Origin: Tolypothrix carrinoi HA7290-LM1
GTDB lineage: Bacteria > Cyanobacteriota > Cyanobacteriia > Cyanobacteriales > Nostocaceae
Direction of reading: 5' to 3'
DNA: 64,000 nt
NCBI GenBank assembly: GCA_019358935.1
Contig: JAHHIK010000004.1
Coordinates: forward strand, 1 to 64,000
Shown: positions 63,605 to 64,000 of the stretch, piece after piece
How the letters are laid out: every line of letters starts with the position of its first letter
Position numbering within the stretch: position 1 is the first letter of the stretch
The notes under the pieces: generated by a model
Seen by the model: the letters and a program-made list of their open reading frames with translations, nothing else
What the model was told of the DNA's origin: nothing
Databases searched by the model: none
Program-made: the position numbers and the translations under genes

Positions 63605-64000
63605 CTATACTATTCTTACTGGTAGAGAGCGATCGCGCAAATAATTTTTAATTTCCGCTACACTTAATTGCCCGTAATGTAAAAGTGATGCCAGTAGTGC
63701 TGCTTCTGCTTTACCTTTGGTGAGAGCATCGTAAATATGTTCGCATGTTCCCGCGCCACCAGATGCTACAACTGGAATTTGGACGGTTTGGGCGATCGCG
63801 CTTGTTAAATCTAAATCATACCCGGCTTGAGTACCATCAGCATCCATACTTGTTACTAGCAGTTCACCTGCCCCTCGTTTTTCGACTTCTTGTGCCCAAA
63901 GTAGAGCGTCTAAACCCGTATTTTCCCTTCCTCCGCGTACATACACATCCCAACCAGGATTATTAGGGTCTTTTCGGCTTCTGGCATCAATAGCAACCAC
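63605..64000 (-). CDS. hisF: Imidazole glycerol phosphate synthase cyclase subunit (3' part; runs off the window)
   Basis: [39 protein letters not shown]. Confidence 0.96.
   Translation of the reverse strand: MVAIDARSRKDPNNPGWDVYVRGGRENTGLDALLWAQEVEKRGAGELLVTSMDADGTQAGYDLDLTSAIAQTVQIPVVASGGAGTCEHIYDALTKGKAEAALLASLLHYGQLSVAEIKNYLRDRSLPVRIV

Overview
This window looks like chromosomal DNA from a filamentous, probably heterocyst-forming (Nostocales-type) cyanobacterium. It has abundant HIP1 octamers (GCGATCGC), STRR heptamer tracts, GTAG-type REP-like palindromes and small dispersed repeats. Housekeeping content includes phylloquinone genes (menH, and menF-menA-menC-menE plus DHNA-CoA thioesterase), purK followed by 6S RNA, proA, mazG, radC, a PRK-like gene, trhO, partial hisF, an M16 peptidase pair and four tRNA loci, one of them a degenerate tRNA-Val(CAC). 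Five accessory loci stand out. (1) Two sequence-unrelated IS200/IS605-type elements (about 14620-15228 and 38031-38905) have neither tnpA nor tnpB, yet share one architecture: left end, a small ribbon-helix-helix gene, a divergent promoter, a long non-coding TnpB-omegaRNA-like tract, and right end. (2) A Shango-like TerB-C / DUF2791 ATPase / Lhr helicase locus is split by a TPR gene. (3) An AAA_35-WD40 protein is paired with an unusually long papain-like protease next to tRNA-Val. (4) An orphan APH-kinase/HopA1 (class V lanthipeptide LanK/LanY-like) pair has no visible precursor. (5) A HicAB module. All family calls come from motif recognition by eye; no searches were run.
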